NCBI GenBank assembly: GCA_051294905.1
Contig: CM119372.1
Location: forward strand, 10,232,001-10,296,000
DNA length: 64,000 bases
Origin: Botryllus schlosseri
Taxonomy: Eukaryota
Direction of reading: 5' to 3'
Under the pieces are notes generated by a model. It saw only the letters and a list, made by a program, of their open reading frames with translations. It ran no database searches and was not told the DNA's origin. This document shows positions 1-13,506 of this stretch, piece by piece; position 1 is the first letter of the stretch, and each line of letters starts with the position of its first letter. The position numbers and the translations under genes are program-made.

Positions 1-917
1 CGCAATGCGATTTCTCTCGCCCAGTCGGCCAGACGTTTAGTGTGTGTGTGACCTTCGTCAGGTCACGCAGCAATATCTCCGGAGTACATTTCAATGGAAA
101 GTGTAGATGAAATAATTTATTTGATATAAGAACTTGGAGATTATTAGTCGATATTATATTTGGAATTCTGTCATCAGTGCCATTGTTTTCATGAGAAGTT
201 ATGGGACTAGCGTCTATGCGCGGAACAGGTTTCCTCGACTTAGAGCCGAGGCGTTCGAAACAAATTTTACACCTGATTGTTGACTGTATGAAGTTTATCA
301 GAACGCGTTATCTCGAATCTATCAGAAGGCACGCGTGAAGTTGTATTAGTTGTAGTGAGAAAGTCGGGTATTAACGCTATCGACATAATGCCGACATTAG
401 CTGATAAGAAACCTGCCTTACTCCTTTGTTCGCAATTGTTTAACTTTACTAATTCAAAGTCTGCACGGTGTGAACAAACTACTGCCTGCGACATTGCGAT
501 AAGCGATTCACTCACAGGATTAAATGAAAGTATCTTTTATGAACCTGACACTAGCAAATATCCTGCTGGGAACTTTGAAGTTCGTATAAGTGGAGATGCA
601 TATTCGTGTTTTATTCGTGGATATCCTCTGTAATACCACAGCAAATGAATCGTTGCACATTGCTCGATTTTATAACAGTGCTCTATACTTTGTCAGTAAC
701 CCTGTGTAAAAGCACATGCAGTATATGTATACGCGATACTGCGCCATTTTGTATTTCGTGTCGATATCGAAACTGTAATTCGACGGGAGATGCAATGGAC
801 TTTTTCGCGACGCCTGATCATTTTTTCAGCATCCGCTATCGTTCGCATGACCACATAACCATACCAAATTTATCGGTTCTCTAGAAAATCTGTTACTGAG
901 AAGTAGCCATCAGAAAT

Positions 918-1153
918 ATGTATATGGAAGATGAAGACGCAACGCAGTCACAGCCGCCGGCTCCCCCGATCTCTTCGCATCTCGGATATTCAAGACAAAT
1001 GTACATGTATCACAATCAAGAACGCGTGGGATTAGATCAAAGTATGTATTTGCAGCGCGCGGGAGGCGGGAGTATCGGCTCGCCAACATCCCCGGGAAGT
1101 AATAATAATGTGGGAGATAGTAACGAATGTGCGAATTCCAATCCCGCAAACAG
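918..1153 (+). CDS. GATA coding exon 1
   Basis: ATG at 918; [17 protein letters not shown]...NPANR; donor AG|GTGAGT (phase 2). Confidence 0.8.
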
Positions 1154-4100
1154 GTGAGTTATTGATGTTTTTATAATCATTGTGTTTCGGCATTCAGGGT
1201 CATTATATATCAGGTCGATATTTGCTATTGTGGTTCTTGAGTGTCTTACCTATAGCACAACCCACTTTCGTTAGCCAACTGTAAGATACCGCTTATGCGG
1301 ATCGGATGACCCTGAGAAGATGAGTTAAATTATTCTTCAAATATTTTATATTTACCGAGCAAGTTAGCGTATAATATAAATTAAAAATTTGTACGGACTG
1401 CACTTCAGCACAATATGGTCATGGACGCTTTGCTGGTTAAAACAATTGCTAAATCAAAATTGATGTTTAAAAAATCGCTAACCATGCATTACTAATACAA
1501 CCATATTTTTGAACGTAATTACATAAATGATTACCAAGAAAAGACATTGGATATTTCTGCCGGACTATTGTTGCGTCCGTATGGGCATTGTAACGAATGT
1601 AAGCTAGAACTCAGCCATTTTATCTTGCATCGTATTCAGGGTGTCACAAGGCATACCTTCGCAGTACAACCCTGCCTCGCTGGAAGCGAAAATACCTTAC
1701 GACTTGTACCGTGGATCGAGTCGTTACTCCAAAGAGTCTTCCCTAGCTGACCCCTCACAAACCTTTGCGTCGAGAGGAACAGAGAAAAAATCCGGAAGTC
1801 CGGATTCGGGAGTTGAGGTGGACCGGGCCGCAGACATCGCTGGTCATATTCCTACCGGAGCGATATCAAGCATTGCTGTCAGCGGTGAGAATAGATCATT
1901 TTTTGATCCATCAAATGAAATGCTTCGGTCGGTATGAGTAATATGTAACTTTAATACTAATTATAAGTATGGTGTCCGAGAGTATTTACTTGTCAATCAA
2001 AATATCCAGATCCCAGAAACTGTATAGGCATTATTAATATTATTATATTATTTCACGCAAGATAGAGTAATTCTTAATCGGTAGGTTGCGGTTTCGATAC
2101 CCGGGCGGGTCAGACCAAAGACATGATTAGTAACACTGGTACCCATGACTTCCCCGCTTGGACCTCAGCATTACCGGGATAGCATGGATGGGTGGTGGTG
2201 GTGTAAGACTTAGAAAGCCTTACACGGTTATTTCTGCACCATCCTCGTCCAGCGACATATGCACATCATACACTCATGGTATGCACTGCACATGCACAGA
2301 TCGTGTGTATGTCAAGTCATGAGTCGGTGTATATGCCGCAAAAACACCAAGGACAACAATCAATAAACAGCGTCCTATTCAATCCTGTTATATTATAAGT
2401 TGATATTCAGTAATCCACATACGTAAGGAAATCGGCAGTCAAATAATATCAACTCAAAAGCAAGGGTATGATTCAGGAGATTTGAGTATTTTTATTTTAT
2501 TATTCTCATCGCAATAATTAACAATATGTGATTGGTTTGTGATGCAGCATCGGCTAACCAACAATGATGTTAAATGTACCATGACTAGTTGCTATACATG
2601 AGATGCATATTTTCAGTAAATACGTATCTAGATACGTACTCAATAAAATAATCTGACTGAATCCAGCGATGTGATATCGTAAGTATTACGTTAGTATTAC
2701 AAAATGAAATGTGCCCTAAATGAAGGGACAAGTCTATAGCCATGGCTCATTTCAGTAAATGCAATCTGATGACACGATTGCTTGGTTGGAATTTATTATT
2801 GAATCGGGACCTACGATCGTATCGATTGAACCCAAATGCGTAGGCTTCCATACGAAGCAATATAATGTTTATAATCGGTCCATGTCTTCAGTGTATGCAT
2901 TTATTTTGTAGGAGGGGTATGCGACTATGCGTTACCGTGATATACTAGTATCACACGATATCAACTCCCATTACTAGAAGTCATCCCGGGTGAAAGTAAT
3001 AAATGTACATTGCGGATTATGAAATCACAACGATGGAATGTAATACAAGATTTCGCGTTGTGAATCCGTCATTGTTGGCCTGTCCGGTGAATGATGCTAC
3101 TTGTTCACTTGCAGCGAATTTAATAGATCGCATAAAAGCGTCATATTCCCCTGGAATCTAAATCGATGGCTGATATCCAGTCGAATCAGATACGACGAAT
3201 GATGTAGTTCAATATTTGCCGCTAAGTAATCACACAACGCGCACATGGGCCTTGCTTTGTCCTGACTTGTTTCATTATCTGCCAACAGCTAATCAGGTTG
3301 CAACGGAGCAAAGACCGTCGTCGTATGAGGTCAATACTGTGAGCTGTTCCAGCGCCGGTCCGTATCAGGCATCCCGCTATTCTCCGATGGCGAGTGAGAA
3401 CGCGACATCTGCGAACATTTCCGATGATACTAGCTATTCTTATAATGCCGAACTGGTTAGAAGGGAAAGCAGTATTCGATCATCACACACTCAACTGGCG
3501 TCGTTGTCTCGAGATAGCGCCTACCCCGGATTTTACAGTGCCGGATACCCGGTTACTTCCCCCGTTCCAGGACAAGCAGCTAGTCATCCTCATTTCAACC
3601 CTTACCCATTGCCGATAACAGCCTACTCCAGCTCTCAAACGGCTGTGGCTAACGGAATTATTCCGGGTGCCGAGCATCCGGATATGTCGAGTCTGTCCCA
3701 CCCGGGAACGTATTCTGGATCATCGGAAGGATGGAACGGCCACCCCGGCGGCTACGGGGCTCTCGATTATTCCAGATTTGCGATGTCCATCCCGGCATCG
3801 ATTCCATACGGATATCCAGGTATGTATTTTTCGTTTACACGCTAACCAAAACGGAAATTAGTTTGATTGCAAGATACACTGTTGGTTATGGGAGATGACG
3901 ACTGGCGTATTGTTACCTTCCACGCCTACAACACCAATGGTCGTGCATTAATATAAAATGTTCAAGCAATAATGCTGATAATGCCCACTGAATTTTTATG
4001 ATACATCGATATGCATACTGATCAGCAAATGCTACATATTTTGAGGCCTAACGATAGGGCCAGCATTCAATACGCTTATACTCAGTCAGCATATTTATTT

Positions 4101-7100
4101 GTAGCTATTGTTGTTGTGGTCGTCGTCGTCGTTTAAACAAAACGATTTGGCACTTATCGCCGGCGTTTTGCACCACGATCAATGACATTACACACGTATG
4201 AAATAATGGCAAATATCAGAATGAAGTTGAAACACTCAGGTCATAGTTTGAGGTCAATTGACTTACATTGTACCGCGCGAAATATTTGAATTAATATATG
4301 GGGTTAGTGAGAATCATATTCGATTAGGATTTTTCGTGGTAATGCCATTAGCGTTTGCGATAGATTACAAGTAATCAACCTCTCAAAAGTAGTCGTTTGC
4401 TCACTTGTGACCATCAACGAATCATTGGTAACGATAAGTATTGAGGGAATATTTCCGTGATAAATCAAGTGACTGGTTGCATTTAATGTATGTCGTTAGT
4501 TCACTGATTTAAAACCTTTTTGGTCTAAGTGGACTCATTCGGCCGATACTCTAGCCGACGCACTCCCCCCGAAGAACTAAAAGGTTATATCGCCCACATG
4601 CGCTGGCTCAATGCTGGGGCTATAAAATAGATCTATCCTGCGCACGTGGCTCCGTATAACCAAATGGTGAAATTCTTCCCAGCTTGGGAACCCATGTGTT
4701 TGCCATTCAGATACTAACTATTGAATGGTTTGCAATTATTCTTGCCTACTGTCATTTTATATTTAGCAAAGGAGGGGCCGTAGAGTAGTTGACAAGTTCT
4801 TCACCTACGTTACATCTATTTACAAACGTCCACAAATTTAAGTCACCGCAGAACAAAATATAAGCTAATTCCAACAACAAAGATCGAGGCAACTTGATGG
4901 CGCTCGTATAAATCATAATTAGAGAGGTAGCAGAGCAAATAAAGAGTACTCTTTCCACGCCCCGAACACCTTTTGGTGCAATCTATTACCGAAAGCTAAC
5001 ATGGAGAGGCTCTTGCTGTAAATTACTATGTCAGCCATCACTGTATGCTCTGACTAATCTATAACTCCTTCGCACAACAAGCTTTAGACAACCGAACTAC
5101 ATGTTTATATCCCATTTCAGAGTACATGTTTCCAGATATAGGCTATTGCTTGACTGTTTCAAGCGTAACATTTCAACCATAGGTAGCATCCTATCTTCGA
5201 GAATAGCGATTATATTGTTACGATATCTATTTTGCATAAAACTCAACATCCAGCATAGGCAATAGATCGGATGCTCGACAACTATTACCATTATCAAACA
5301 ATGAATGCAGACTTTTTCAATGTGTGAAATCCATTTGGGCTCTTTACTGTTGTGTTTCAAAGTGAGGCAATGGCGCAATGCTATGGCAGGCTTTGCAACG
5401 TAACTCATATTGCATAAAGCTATGCGGTGAATGTTGAATGTGTTGTGTACCCTATGTATACAGGTTCATGTTCACTGTTCAGCCACACGGATTTCTCAAC
5501 CTAGGTTGCAATTACGAGGATGTTATAATAGATTGCGTGAAACGTAGTGGAAAAGACGTTGTCGGCAGCACAGCTGTTTCCTTTGCTATGTCCGATCCAA
5601 TTAGGGGAGTGTTGCTATGCTTCCGGCAATGAAAAATAGCATACGAGTCTTTGCTTCCGAAGTCCTGACTGTAATCCTGCGTTATCCCGTAGGAATGTAT
5701 CAAACTTCGACTAAACCTGCTAATGGAGGTGCAAAGCGGACCTGTTGTAATACTACTGTTTCTTCACTCCTCTCTTGCTTCCTGCTTAGTCAAAATACTC
5801 GTTCGCGTAATTGTTTGCGGTCTTTGACAACTGAGTGATTTATACGGAGAACATATCAGATACACCATTACCAATTCTTGTCTTGACGGGCCTGTCAAAT
5901 GTTCTGCCGAAGGATAAATACACCACCACACACAAATCGTGTTTAGAATATGTGTTAACGTTTGTAAAATGGCTAATTTGCTTCGAAACGTGTAAAAGTT
6001 CTCGTCACTCGAAACGCGTGATAGCGTAAATACCGACAAATTGAAGTGGGAGAGTCAGTGCGTTAAGCGCGTACGACGTTCGTGCTGACTGTTCATACCG
6101 CTCAGGTCAAAATGGCGACCAAACAGCGAAAGGTTGCAGTCAGTATACGCGTTTGAACTTGATTCGGTGAAAATCTATTTTGACTGTTGAAGTAGGCCTG
6201 CGCGTAGATAGGGCTGGGCACAATGATTCGAGTATTAATTGTAATGATTCGAGTCGAATAGTAAAAGAAGATTTTTTTCGAGTACTGAAATTATGCGCTC
6301 CTCGCAACTGATTGGCCGTGTCGCAGCATACGAGACATAGTATAAAGGTACGTTACTGGAAATACCACATTTCCGAATTCATGATCATCTCACAACATAG
6401 TCAAAAAGTCCAATGAAATCGGTATGGTCGAAAAAATACCGAAGTATCTTTAATGTGACGGATTGACGGATAACAGGCGTTATGTTCTTTGTGGTGCTAT
6501 AAAAGGTACATATTTGAACTTTGACATAGTACACTATTTTGGGACGTCATAATGAGTGATACTCGACTCCACGACTCGACCCGAATCGTAATACGTGATT
6601 CAGAATCGAATAACTCAGGTACTCGATTTTGCCCAGACCTATGCGTAGACACTCTGGAGTAATCAAGCCCGGTGTATAACAACTCAATAATGTCGACGAA
6701 TTAAGCCATAGCAGCCGTTAGGTCGATGGATGGACATTGAGGATTGATTTACTGTTGTCAAACAAAAATGCATTATTGGTGATGATGATTTGTCTACTCT
6801 AGATTTCTTTTCAACCCTTATCCACAACTATGTCGTGTCAAATTGCGACAAGGGGCCCGGTAACGAAATACTTCTACTGTTTTCGGAGTACTCAAAAAGG
6901 ATTTGCTTACTTGCACTAGGCTACTTACTCACGTGGTTAAGACTAATTTTACTTCTGCTCAGTACTTTGCAGTTTTTAGGCAAAACTAGGCCCAGAATAC
7001 TCAACTTGATTTACTTGGTCGCTTCTTTTACTTATACTTGAGTAGAAATTTACGACATTACTTCTACTTCTACTTGAGTGCCGAGGATGGCGACTATGGC

Positions 7101-9872
7101 CACCTTTGCATGGCGACATCTCAAAACTACTTGCTTTATCTACGTGAACCTGCTATGCATTTTGTTCGAGGCGATTTGCGCCCAAGTTATGGATTGTCAT
7201 TGCGTTATTTCGCGGTTGATAATTGTAGTTCAATTTCAGACGGACGACACTGTTGCGCACTTTGCGGGTCATCTGTCGCTGTGTGCTATCTCCGCACGGA
7301 CGGCATGGGGCGATACTGCTGCACCAATTGCGTGTATCCCGGATCAGGGCAGATGCGGATGCCGCAAAAATCGCGAGGAAAACTGGTACGTGTATAAAAA
7401 TCACTTCGTCCACATTGTCGCGAGACTTAAATGGATTTTGTGTTTGCTCTCAGAATAATAGCCGGAGCGGTCAAATATGCAGCAATTGCAGAACTGGAGT
7501 AACAACACTCTGGCGGCGAAGTCCCGATGGCAGTCCTGTATGTAACGCGTGCGGTCTATACCAGAAGCTGCATGGGGTAAGTTTGCTGGGATTGACGACA
7601 AGCCTGTTTTCAAGAACATGACATATAATCAACTTACGGCACTTCTAGGAGTGGCGTGAAGGTAGAAAGTTGGATTATGGAACTGTATATATTTAGTTAC
7701 TTGGTGATCATACTGTGGGATTTCTAGGGCCATTTTGATATGACTTTATGTGAAAATCGTATATTTTTACATGCGAACAACGTCACTCACTGAACTAAAG
7801 AGTAAAACATCCGCAACATAACAGTAAAACGCATGCATTTTTATTTTAAACCACTGTTGTAGTTTCATGTAGTGTGGAATAATAGAGTCTTTGAAGTTGT
7901 GATTTGGACGTAAAATGACTTCAGTAAGGAAAATGAGCGCTCCATAGACGCTGACGTGGGTTGACATTTCTGCAATTTTGCATAAAGCGCTTGTGAAATG
8001 TCTTGTCTTTGTAGCTCCATAATTTGTTTCACGTTGTTTTTGTCCAATCACTTATTAATGCAATTTTTGAGCTCAAGCGGATCTTTTCCGAAGTCAAGGG
8101 CATTTAGATCAGCATGGACCTCTTTGATGGTGTACGACCAACTTTCCATTTTGAGTATCAAGTTTGAAATATTTTTACAGTCGAGGCATATTTCTGTTAA
8201 CTGACTAGTCAACATTGGATCGTTGATTGAATTTTTGACGCTCTTTACAACAACTCCTTCACCTTCCTATGCATTGATTATTTCTTTCACTTGTGGAAGT
8301 CTCTCGACATAATATTCAGCAGTATACAACCAGCGATACCCCTACGAATAACTGCCTTAGTTTCTTAGTGCTTAACTCACCGCTTAAATTGGTACTTTTA
8401 ATTTAAAGTATACAATGATGTGACTTTATAACTCAAAAATATGACTATATAACTTTAAAAGCTGATTTATGACCTAACCAGCCAACCATGACTTTATACG
8501 ACTTCATAACTTTCTTAATACACCTCATATGGATGCTGTTTTTGCGTTAAAATTGATATCAGAACTAACTTACTGATGCATAGTAAAAAATATGACTTTA
8601 ATGACTTTAAATGGCCCTAATGATTTCTGTTTTGTGCCTCATACCGTTGATCATTTTCGTTTATCGTTTTGTTAATACGTTCATCACAGACAGATACTAT
8701 AACAGTATTGTGAATGATTAAATCTTTCATTAACTTATAACATTTTAGTTAACACGCAACTTCTTATACGTCCGTGACAGAATTCTTGTACTCATGTCAT
8801 TTATTGCTCCGAATAATTTAACATTTCGATTTGTATTACTCCTGATTTTATCGTTGAAATGACGCAGTTGCTCACTACAAACCTTGCACGCGGTGATCAG
8901 ACCGTTCGCGGTGACAAGCGCCACTTCTTTTTTATAATCTATAATAATAATACTGAACAAATCCATTCAAAATGAATTTTGAAATTTCAGGTCCCGCGGC
9001 CCCAATCCATGAAAAAAGACAGCATACAGACAAGAAAGCGAAAGCCCAAAGGTCAAGGAAAAGGTAAAAAGACGCAACGACGCCAAGCGTTATCAAGCGC
9101 ACATCATCCTGACGGATATAGCAATGTGGCGCAGTCATCCAGTTCCGCATCTTCACCCTCTTCCAAGCAAACTAATCGCAGCAAGGGCGGCAGTGTATCC
9201 GGCAATTCTCCGAAAGCAAATTTCTTCGCGACTACCGACACCAATCACAATATTATGACGTATCAATCCGGTGAAGGTATTGACGACATGACGGAACACT
9301 CTGCAATTTCATCGCCAGAAACAGAACGCATAATAGGCGACATGTCAAACTCGTCCCCGCACAGCGAGCAATCTGCTTGCGCTGTAGATGCCCCAGGTCC
9401 GATCCAACCAATCGAGCCTTCGTCACTCGGCAGTTCGTCTCGCCAAGATAGTTTTAGCCCAACTGCCAGGACCAGCGAGGCTAACATCTACAACGGTACT
9501 ATTCCAAATGAACCTTACCAAACCGGATACCACGCGCATACTTACAGCGACAGCGTAACGCCACGTCCTAATATCGATATGAACTCCTCACCGATGTACG
9601 GACAATATCCGCTGGTCTGTCAGCAACAACAGCCCATGGACAGCTCGAATACAAATATGCAGATTCCATCCGAAACTAACTTTTTTTCTGCTGCGACATT
9701 TAGCGAAAGACCCAGATCGGTCGCGGAAAATTATCGCGCGGTGATATCGGGCGGGTATGCGAGTAGTAACGTCGCTGCGCTCGCACCAACTAGTTTGTAT
9801 CGTGATATGCAGCAACATCAATCTTACGCCAGCGCTCATTATCCAAAGAAAGGGTCGTCTGCGCGGTGTTGA
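918..9872 (+). CDS. GATA4/5/6: GATA4/5/6-class zinc-finger transcription factor, 6 coding exons, ~733 aa
   Basis: GT-AG, phase-consistent exons 918-1153, 1640-1931, 3297-3819, 7240-7385, 7454-7576 and 8991-9872 total 2202 nt in frame. The C-finger [33 protein letters not shown] splices to [28 protein letters not shown] and QTRKRKPK are GATA4/5/6-type, whereas GATA1/2/3 have VNRPL and QTRNRK. The N- and C-terminal regions are Ser/Pro/Tyr-rich. An acceptor AG at 883-884 implies an upstream non-coding exon or trans-splicing. Confidence 0.92.
1640..1931 (+). CDS. GATA coding exon 2
   Basis: Acceptor ttcag|G completes an AGG codon; [11 protein letters not shown]...EMLRS; donor GTATGA (phase 0). 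Confidence 0.75.
2075..2190 (+). mobile_element. Probable tRNA-derived SINE fragment (third family)
   Basis: B-box-like ggtttcgataccc followed by gggtcagaccaaagac...ccccgcttggacctcagca, resembling widespread aquatic-animal SINE bodies from memory. Single copy in this window. Confidence 0.45.
3297..3819 (+). CDS. GATA coding exon 3 (Ser/Pro/Tyr-rich, activation-domain-like)
   Basis: Acceptor aatcag|GTT (alternative acceptor at 3288); donor CCAG|GTATGT in phase 1, the intron phase expected before the GATA N-finger exon. Confidence 0.8.
6209..6641. mobile_element. hAT-type MITE in GATA intron 3
   Basis: TIR TAGGGCTGGGCA...TGCCCAGACCTA; 8-bp TSD cgcgtaga/tgcgtaga; inverted partial copy at 53148-53466. 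Confidence 0.85.
7240..7385 (+). CDS. GATA exon 4: divergent N-terminal zinc finger
   Basis: Acceptor tttcag|[51 protein letters not shown]; donor GTACGT. Phases 1 to 0 match the canonical N-finger exon (EGREC...KRRL). Confidence 0.85.
7454..7576 (+). CDS. GATA exon 5: C-terminal GATA zinc finger
   Basis: [41 protein letters not shown] (C-X2-C-X17-C-X2-C); ctcag acceptor and GTAAGT donor. Confidence 0.97.
7725..8619 (-). mobile_element. Internally deleted hAT transposon with decayed transposase C-terminus (GATA intron 5)
   Basis: TIR TAGGGCCATTT...AAATGGCCCTA; TSD gggatttc/atgatttc; subterminal atgacttta repeats. Minus-strand peptide [19 protein letters not shown] matches the hAT C-terminal dimerisation motif; in-frame stops lie upstream. 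Confidence 0.85.
8991..9872 (+). CDS. GATA exon 6: basic region and C-terminal tail
   Basis: Acceptor tttcag|[23 protein letters not shown]...; TGA at 9870-9872. Confidence 0.93.
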   Translation, partial: VPRPQSMKKDSIQTRKRKPKGQGKGKKTQRRQALSSAHHPDGYSNVAQSSSSASSPSSKQTNRSKGGSVSGNSPKANFFATTDTNHNIMTYQSGEGIDDMTEHSAISSPETERIIGDMSNSSPHSEQSACAVDAPGPIQPIEPSSLGSSSRQDSFSPTARTSEANIYNGTIPNEPYQTGYHAHTYSDSVTPRPNIDMNSSPMYGQYPLVCQQQQPMDSSNTNMQIPSETNFFSAATFSERPRSVAENYRAVISGGYASSNVAALAPTSLYRDMQQHQSYASAHYPKKGSSARC

Positions 9873-10955
9873 TGAAATCGAGTCTATCTGTTGGGTTATG
9901 TCGGGCCAATGACTAAACATAACATATTTGCGATAAGTGGATCCCTAATATCGTTCGGTTTTGCCAGTTTTTCATTCTTTTTCAATGCAGCTCGATGATT
10001 CGTATATGTACATGTTTAGTTGGAATATCAACATATCTCCCTAATTCTCTGATGATGTACGACTAGCTCATCTAATTCATAGTTCGTTATTTTAGTTCGC
10101 AACCACATGTTCCCCACTGTCGTATACTCTATAAGTTAATGTTCCACGGGTATAATTCGTCAAAATTCGTAGGTTTCGCTGGACCGTTACAATGTCACAT
10201 AATTTCGTTTATTGCAAATTGGTGGGTGTTTGGAACATACATATATCTCTTATGTTGGTAAACAATTGGGAGAAGTGGACGACGGATTTCCACGAGTATT
10301 ATAAATCTTCGAAACGCTGAATGCTAAGGGAATTCAGCCATTTTTTCTGTGCTCGATCGCCAAGATATAAACTTACCACCATATCTCATTCGAAAAGTTG
10401 ATTGTCTCCGAATCTCTTGCCAGTTATGTCACAATATCTAATAGATTTATATGACATGATATTTTCGGATATTTTCGGCAAGTTGTGTGTAGCTCAGTCG
10501 GACTGCGCTCGGTCAAGATTATATCGACCTCTCGGCCTGTAGTCACCAATTTTTGTTTGACATTTTCACATTATGCCACGACTCCCCAAAAGCACACACA
10601 CAAATACACGTCGTAAAGTTAACCTATTTCGAAACCTATAATGAAATTAATAGAGAATCGTCTAACTCTAAAGCCATATGGACTTGCAGTGTCGTGTTTG
10701 AGTGACAGAAGCATTTTTCGGGATCTTTATTATATAAAGGCTTACTTTTCTTCTCCTTTCTGTTTGTTACCTGCATCTGTTTGAAATAATGTTAGCAATC
10801 ATAGACGCATTTTCAAATTTCAAGCTTAGACTATCGTAATGTTTTGAGTGTCGTCTTATCCCTTAAACTTTACTTGTCCTTACGCTGTTACATCTCGTTA
10901 TGAGTTTTGATTTCTACAAGACTATGGTGTGACCCTTTTGATGTAAATATTATTT

Positions 10956-10961
10956 AATAAA
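10956..10961 (+). terminator. Candidate GATA polyadenylation signal (AATAAA)
   Basis: AATAAA ~1.1 kb after the stop, followed by GT-rich sequence (ggtttaggtacgtttcagtggtggcgttt). Confidence 0.5.
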
Positions 10962-13506
10962 TGCCTGGTTTAGGTACGTTTCAGTGGTGGCGTTTGCCTG
11001 AATGTGGAGTACTTAGACTTTGGAGGATCTGTGCAGTGATTATGGTGTAGGTTTGCTATTGTATGGAAGGATTTGAGTGTATAATGGATAAATAGTGTGA
11101 AGTGCAGCTTATAGACGGGAACAGGAACCCCCAATAAAGCACGACACAGTGTGGTGGTATGGCGTATTTTGAGAAGATAATCATAGAGCTGTATAGATCT
11201 TTCGTTGGATAAACTGAATTAACCATATATGGGAAGGCTCGTCTTGAAAGCTAGAAGTTGGCAACCTTTTTGCTTTGGGGACCGGTTTTCGAAACGACTG
11301 AGGCGGTCTTAAAAATAATGGTCAACAACAAAAAATAATATTTCAGCTCATGGACTACAATAGGCTCACTAATGCGGGTGCCCAGTAAGGTAGTAACACG
11401 CATGTGCTCGATTAAAATGATTAACTTGATTTGTATAAATTTTCATTGGTGATCTTGACCACTATCGTTGTAAACCTTCAGCTAACTTCCAAAAGTTTAT
11501 GAACTTACCAAGACCTTTCAAAAACACCAATTTCATTGACCAAATTCAACTAAACAACAATAGTTCGCTCATCACCGATAACAATAACATGAAAAAGAGG
11601 GGGTTTAATTTATCACTATATGGGGGTGGGTGGGGGGGGGGTGGCTGACGAAGTGTTGTTACGGACATGGTTATCATACGCACAATGCATGTTCTAGAAT
11701 CTAGATGCAGGCTATAGCTTAAAGTCCTTGCGATTACGACGTTTCATTTCGAAACGTGACGTATGTACAGTATTTTCAAATAGATAACTCGATAATAATT
11801 ACTTCTGGCTGCACTCCCAAACAATCTACCCGTGATCATCGCCGTTCTGAGTTACGCTTGTAATAGAGTTCGAGTTGTGACTTGTCCCCACTATACTGTG
11901 TACTTGAACGCAGCTTTGTGTAATGTGAGGGAGCGTGTTTGCTGAATTCGCATATCGGAGCGTCCGAGTACCATTCGGCAACATTCCTGACCTTTGTAAC
12001 AGATCATACGGGTATGATATATATCGATGGAGGCGGCGAGTTATGTAGTGGGCTACGCAATGCCCATTGTCCATTGTTGTTAAGTACGAAGTGTAATGGA
12101 AATACGCATGTCAAAATACTGCTAATGATACCAACGTATGTGGCATCCTCAATAACAAATCACTCAGCATCATAACACTGGCCTCCGCCACAGTAGACTT
12201 GAATGAATGAGCTGCACGTACATTTGACATTTTGACATTATGTATTAAATATATTTATCGCGAAAGCTTGTACCATCAACTGTGAGAAATTCTCGTGGAT
12301 GTGTTGGGTACTCTTATACACTCATTTACAAGATATAGTCATGTCCAATTTATTGTGACGATTGTATTATTGCGATGTTTTTTTCTCGAGCCCACGTTTA
12401 TTCTGGATACCAAAATGATTAAATATACTTAGTGATAGATATTAAAATTACACTACTTCATACAGGTATTCTTTGTTTTGGTGAGTGTGCGCTTGCTTGT
12501 AGAGGATATGACAATATCGAGATGGGGTTGCGTAAAGGTCGCTAATAGTCTCTCTGGGAGTCTTACCTCATTCTTATTTAGCAAGTGTTGCGTCATGCGA
12601 TTGAGCGGGATTTAATATTAATCTATGGACCCAATTTTTTCGATATTAGCGTCAATATTAATAAGTTTCCGTTCGCGAGAAAGCCTTCGACATGAGTAAG
12701 AATGGGAGCTACGCATTTGCTCACCAAGGTAAGTTAAGTCATCATATCGCGGTTGAATTTGTGTAGATAGTGACATCATACTCGAGACATGTGTTCCGTT
12801 TCCCACACAACCTGTTTATTGGGAATATTTTACTGGCAACGTGCTGCGACACGACACTTCCGCACTCAATCCCTCCTTGTTCCAGCTACAAGTAATTATT
12901 TACCGAACCAATAATTATGTCTAATATCAGGTCGTTTGTCCACAACGTATCACGATCAAGGGGCTTCGCTATTGTGGTCACTGTGACCCTACCTTATGTT
13001 TAACTGATACAACAATGTAGCGTGTCAAAATCCGTCATACTTCTACAATTTATTGTTTTCGGCCTGTTTGCCGTATCTTGGATTCTGTTGGTGTTACGTT
13101 TTACAATGACGATCGCCAAGATAGTGATCGCATTCCCAATGTTTATTTTCCTACTAACTGAGATAAGGACAACGCGTCCTTGCACGAATCATTGTGCAGA
13201 ATGCGAAATCGGACGCATTATATTAGGTGCATTTTGCATCATTCTCACGTAACAAATGGGCATTATCCCGTCCAAAACAACTCGTTGACGACATAGTTGT
13301 CTCCTTACGAAAACAACATTGCTGGGGACCAACGTATGGTCTTTACTCATCACCAAAGACAACCTAATTAATGTCTTTCGAATTGGGAATTTTTTAAACT
13401 TTGAAACGGAGCATTAAAAAGAATACTGAGAAGATCGTTAATGATCAATTATGTTTGTGGTATTGATGGTGTTTGTCAACTATACTATGGTCATTCACAC
13501 CAGGCC

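Noticed and set aside
280..560. Cluster of GATA-like sites upstream of the GATA coding region (autoregulation)
   Set aside because: WGATAR-like words are common at this AT content; enrichment cannot be shown without statistics or conservation data.
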